Assembly: GCA_963840935.1 (NCBI GenBank)
Contig: CAWJAS010000001.1
Span: 448,875 to 512,874, forward strand
Source: Candidatus Magasanikiibacteriota bacterium
GTDB lineage: Bacteria > Patescibacteriota > Patescibacteriia > Magasanikbacterales > GWA2-37-8
Length of the DNA stretch: 64,000 nt
Direction of reading: 5' to 3'
In this document: one piece after another, positions 60,707 to 64,000 of the stretch
How the letters are laid out: every line of letters starts with the position of its first letter
Position numbering within the stretch: position 1 is the stretch's first letter
Notes under the pieces: generated by a model
Seen by the model: only the letters and a program-made list of their open reading frames with translations
What the model was told of the DNA's origin: nothing
Databases searched by the model: none
Translations under genes and position numbers: made by a program

Positions 60707-61780
60707 ATGAAAATACTTTTTTCCGGTGGAGGAACTCTGGGCGCGGTGATGCCGATATTATCTGTTGCCTTGGCTTTAAAAAATAAATATTCTTCAAAAA
60801 TTATCTGGGTCGGGACAAAGAATGGCCCTGAAGCAGATGTCATCAAATCATATGGCATTGATTTTAGGTATATAAAATCCGGAAAATTAAGACGGTATTT
60901 TTCATTGTATAATTTTTTTGATTTATTCAAAATTACTTTGGCTTTTTTTGAGTCAATGGCGCTTTTAAAAAAAGAAAAACCGGACCTTCTTGTTTCAGCC
61001 GGAGGTTTTGTTAGCGTGCCATTGCATTTATCGGCTCGTTTTTTAAAAATTCCAACATGGGTTCACCAGCAGGATGTTCGCGTCGGGTTAGCAAATAAAA
61101 TAATGGCGAAGACCGCGTCAAAAATTACTGTTGCTCTTCAAAGAAGTATTAATTCTTTTGATTCAGCAAAGACTGAGTGGATTGGGAATTTTTGTCGCCC
61201 CTTTGACACTATTACCGCAGAAGAATCAAAAAAAATATTTGCCATAAGTGACTGCGAACCGGTAATTCTTGCGGTGGGCGGAAGTACCGGTGCGGCAAAA
61301 TTAAATGATTTGGTATTGGATGCGATAAATTTGTTGCCGAGAAATTTTCATATTATTCACATCGTCGGCCAAGAACGCTCGGCGGAGCGTTGTTTTTCGG
61401 CAATGAATGAGCATCAAAACTATAAGGTCTATAAATTTTTGAATTCTGAAATGCCGTATGCGCTGAATTTGGCGCAGGTTGTGATTACAAGGGCCGGCTT
61501 CTCTTCACTCACGGAATTATCATTTTTGGAAAAAGCCACGATTATTTTGCCAATATCTGACAGCCACCAGGAATCAAACGCCGAAATTTTTAAAACGGAT
61601 AATTCCGCGGTTATTTTGGATGAACGAACGGCAAGTGGAAGAGATTTGGCCGATGCCGTTATCGCTTTGATTGATAATCCTGAGAAGCGCAAATTAATGG
61701 GTCGCAAGATGAAAAAAACGCTTCCGATTGCCAATGAATTTAAAATTTTTGAGATAGTTGAGCAATTAATTAAAAAATAG
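60707..61780 (+). CDS. murG: MurG (GT28)
   Basis: SGGGTLG, SGKLRRY, GGFVSVP, GGSTGA, RAG, HQESNA. Confidence 0.92.
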   Translation: MKILFSGGGTLGAVMPILSVALALKNKYSSKIIWVGTKNGPEADVIKSYGIDFRYIKSGKLRRYFSLYNFFDLFKITLAFFESMALLKKEKPDLLVSAGGFVSVPLHLSARFLKIPTWVHQQDVRVGLANKIMAKTASKITVALQRSINSFDSAKTEWIGNFCRPFDTITAEESKKIFAISDCEPVILAVGGSTGAAKLNDLVLDAINLLPRNFHIIHIVGQERSAERCFSAMNEHQNYKVYKFLNSEMPYALNLAQVVITRAGFSSLTELSFLEKATIILPISDSHQESNAEIFKTDNSAVILDERTASGRDLADAVIALIDNPEKRKLMGRKMKKTLPIANEFKIFEIVEQLIKK

Positions 61781-61782
61781 CG

Positions 61783-62994
61783 CTAAGCGCCATTTTTTAA
61801 TTTTAGATTTTGAATAGAGATTTTTATATTTTTTATTTGATTGTTTAAATTTATTTTTGATTTATATTTTATCGGCAAATATTCCGGAGTATAACCGAGC
61901 CAATAGCCGGTTTTTTTATTTTCAAATAATACCTCTCTGAATTTACCGACAAATTTTTTTGTGAATTTTTTAGCCGTCATCTCGGCTGTTAAAATTAGCA
62001 TTCTGCTTCGTTCTTTTTTAATTATATCTTGAATTTGATTTGGCAAATTCACGGCCGGCGTTGTCGCTCTTGGGGAATATTGAAAAACATGAATTTTGGC
62101 GAACATTGCTTTTTTTGCCAGTTCCATAGTTTTCTTAAAGTCTGCCTCTGTTTCCCCGGGGAAACCAACAATAACGTCTGTGGTGAAAGAAAATAAATTA
62201 TTAATTTTTCTGATTCTTTTAATTATATCGAAGAACTTTTCGGCGGTATAACCGCGATTCATTTTTTTTAAAATTTCGTCTGAGCCGGATTGCAATGACA
62301 AATGCCAATGAGGCATGAATCTTTTATCGCTTAAATAAATATTTACTAAATTATTTGTTACCAATCTTGGGTCAACGGAGCCCAAACGAATCCGTTCAAT
62401 TTTTGTCTGCTCTTTAATTAATTTTAATAATTCGGCCAAATCCGAATTTCCATCTTTGTATTGGCAAATATTAACTCCGGTCAAAACAATTTCTTTGTAT
62501 CCTTCTTTTTCTAGTGCTAATATTTTTTTAATAATTGATTTTGACGGTACGCTTTTGGATTTTCCACGAAATTTGGGGATAATGCAATAGGAGCAATTGA
62601 AGTTACATCCGCTTTGAATTTTAACAAAAGAGCGAGTTTTGGATAATTCTTCAGTGTTATTTTTTTTGTTGGAGTATTTGTTTTTTTTGGCCAATGAATC
62701 AATTTTTTTTAGCACAGTCAAATCATTTTTTGCGACAAAATCAATTTCAGGTAAATCCGAGTTTTCCAAACATCCGCAGGCAATAACGAATGAGCCATTT
62801 TTTTTCTCCTTTCTAATTAGTTCGCGCGCTGTTTGACTGGCGCCCATCGTCACGGCGCAAGCGCGAATAACAGAAACATCCGCCTTGGCATGGCGACCGA
62901 CTATTTGATACCCCTTGGAGCGAAAAATTCTCTTCATTTCATCGCTCTCAGCCTGATTTAATTTGCAACCAAGAGTTAAAATTGCTATTTTCAT
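61783..62994 (-). CDS. mtaB: tRNA methylthiotransferase MtaB (radical SAM, MiaB family)
   Basis: TLGCKLNQAES, CAVT, KIQSGCNFNCSYCIIP, DVIVGFPGET, KIHVFQYSPR. Confidence 0.9.
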   Translation of the reverse strand: MKIAILTLGCKLNQAESDEMKRIFRSKGYQIVGRHAKADVSVIRACAVTMGASQTARELIRKEKKNGSFVIACGCLENSDLPEIDFVAKNDLTVLKKIDSLAKKNKYSNKKNNTEELSKTRSFVKIQSGCNFNCSYCIIPKFRGKSKSVPSKSIIKKILALEKEGYKEIVLTGVNICQYKDGNSDLAELLKLIKEQTKIERIRLGSVDPRLVTNNLVNIYLSDKRFMPHWHLSLQSGSDEILKKMNRGYTAEKFFDIIKRIRKINNLFSFTTDVIVGFPGETEADFKKTMELAKKAMFAKIHVFQYSPRATTPAVNLPNQIQDIIKKERSRMLILTAEMTAKKFTKKFVGKFREVLFENKKTGYWLGYTPEYLPIKYKSKINLNNQIKNIKISIQNLKLKNGA

Positions 62995-63088
62995 ATTAAT
63001 CGGATAATATCATATGAATAAAAAATAATCAAAATATAAAGTATATTACTGCCATTATCAGGAAATAAAGTATTTCATAATTCAGCTA

Positions 63089-63117
63089 TTGACAAAATGA
63101 AAAATATATGCTATACT
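63089..63117 (+). promoter_or_regulatory. Near-consensus sigma70 promoter
   Basis: TTGACA-17-TATACT with extended TG. Confidence 0.85.
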
Positions 63118-63172
63118 CATGCCAATGTCCGCTTATCACTAGGCGACAGCTACATTTAAGGTTGCGCATTAT

Positions 63173-63304
63173 ATGATGTACAACGCATTTGACGGGGAGG
63201 AAAACACCACTCCGGTCACTTCTGACGACACAACTGTTGCAGAAGAAACAACAGAGGAAGTTTCAGCCGAAGAACCGGTTGAGGAAACCCCGGCAGCTGT
63301 GTAA
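63173..63304 (+). CDS. 43-aa highly acidic small protein; not in ORF track
   Basis: MMYNAFDGEENTTPVTSDDTTVAEETTEEVSAEEPVEETPAAV between a strong promoter and a terminator. Confidence 0.6.
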   Translation: MMYNAFDGEENTTPVTSDDTTVAEETTEEVSAEEPVEETPAAV

Positions 63305-63324
63305 TTAATACAGCACCAAAATAG

Positions 63325-63358
63325 AAACACCCCGAGTAATTGGGGTGTTTTTGTTTTG
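63325..63358. terminator. Intrinsic terminator (likely bidirectional)
   Basis: aaacacccc-gagtaatt-ggggtgttt followed by T-rich run. Confidence 0.75.
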
Positions 63359-63573
63359 TGACCCGGTCCCGAAGGGATCCCTTTGGGACTGGGATTCGGC
63401 TTCGGCTAAAATTTTCTTCCGAAAATTTTGCCTAGCCACCTTCGCCAGTTGGCGAATCGCGGTTTGGCTCGCCCGCAAGCTCGCCAAACATCGCTCCGGC
63501 GTTCTCATCCCAACGCGAGCAAAGCAGTTTGCTCGCTTCCGGGTCAAACAAAAAATCCCTTTACAGGGATGTA
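63350..63573 (-). mobile_element. tRNA-associated structured element E3 with duplicated tRNA-Lys 3' end
   Basis: 63574-63600 repeated at 63350-63366 plus 63389-63398; hairpin 63398-63437 nearly identical to E2; 17-mer acatcgctccggcgttc; mobility is inferred. Confidence 0.6.
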
Positions 63574-63582
63574 TTTGTTTTG

Positions 63583-63655
<73 letters not shown>

Positions 63656-63715
63656 TTATGTAGTTCTATTATTATAAAATTTTTTTGAATGCTAATGTCG
63701 TATTTATTAATTGTA

Positions 63716-63799
63716 TGACCGGTAGCGAAGCTGGAAGCTGCCGTGCCCCGCACAGTGAGCCGATAGGCGAACTGTTGCTGGGGAGCTACCAGGCCTTAT
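63716..63799. repeat. Structured segment with duplicated tRNA-Lys 5' end
   Basis: 17-bp repeat 63783-63799 = 63643-63659; GC-rich hairpins. Confidence 0.65.
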
Positions 63800-63897
63800 A
63801 ATAAAAAATAGACAATTTACAGGGAAAATGATACACTATATGCAGAAAAAAATCAAGGGGGAGAAAAAATGGTGTATAAATCATTTATTTTTGAATT

Positions 63898-64000
63898 ATG
63901 TTGGATAAAAAGTTTTTTGCTAAAATTAGGTCAATTTTATTAAATTACTCCAAAAAAAGACGAGAAATAATTAAAATTTCCGGCGATGCCCAACAGCTTT
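63898..64000 (+). CDS. Partial ORF, possibly translin-family protein (runs off window)
   Basis: MLDKKFFAKIRSILLNYSKKRREIIKISGDAQQL resembles the translin N-terminal 'RE.IIK.S.D' helix; only 34 codons visible. Confidence 0.45.
   Translation, partial: MLDKKFFAKIRSILLNYSKKRREIIKISGDAQQL

Overview
Gene-dense, AT-rich bacterial chromosome segment. Short AT-rich leaders mostly without Shine-Dalgarno motifs, a shortened HrcA, a fragmented dcw cluster, PilT, a cupin-type Pgi and a Lys-rich RpoD N-terminus suggest a Patescibacteria/CPR (Parcubacteria-like) genome (inference). Contents: hrcA-grpE-hsp20-dnaK-dnaJ with a variant CIRCE; murA, ctpA, era, rplI, pyrG; two glycosylation clusters; recJ, lepA, murJ; mraZ-rsmH-ftsL-like, a membrane-anchored Clp ATPase and ftsW; pilT, cca, a MacAB-like ABC system, dnaG-rpoD-murG, mtaB; and three tRNA genes (Pro-CGG, Pro-GGG, Lys-TTT). 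The most unusual feature is that each tRNA gene carries a small (about 120-175 bp), non-coding, GC-rich, highly structured element of one family. Three copies duplicate the tRNA 3' end from the same T-loop position and contain an antisense copy matched to their own host tRNA. A fourth splits tRNA-Pro(GGG) in the anticodon loop and carries an intact copy of that tRNA at the tip of one stem. No mobilising enzyme is encoded in the window. All calls come from reading sequence and motifs; no database searches or folding programs were run.
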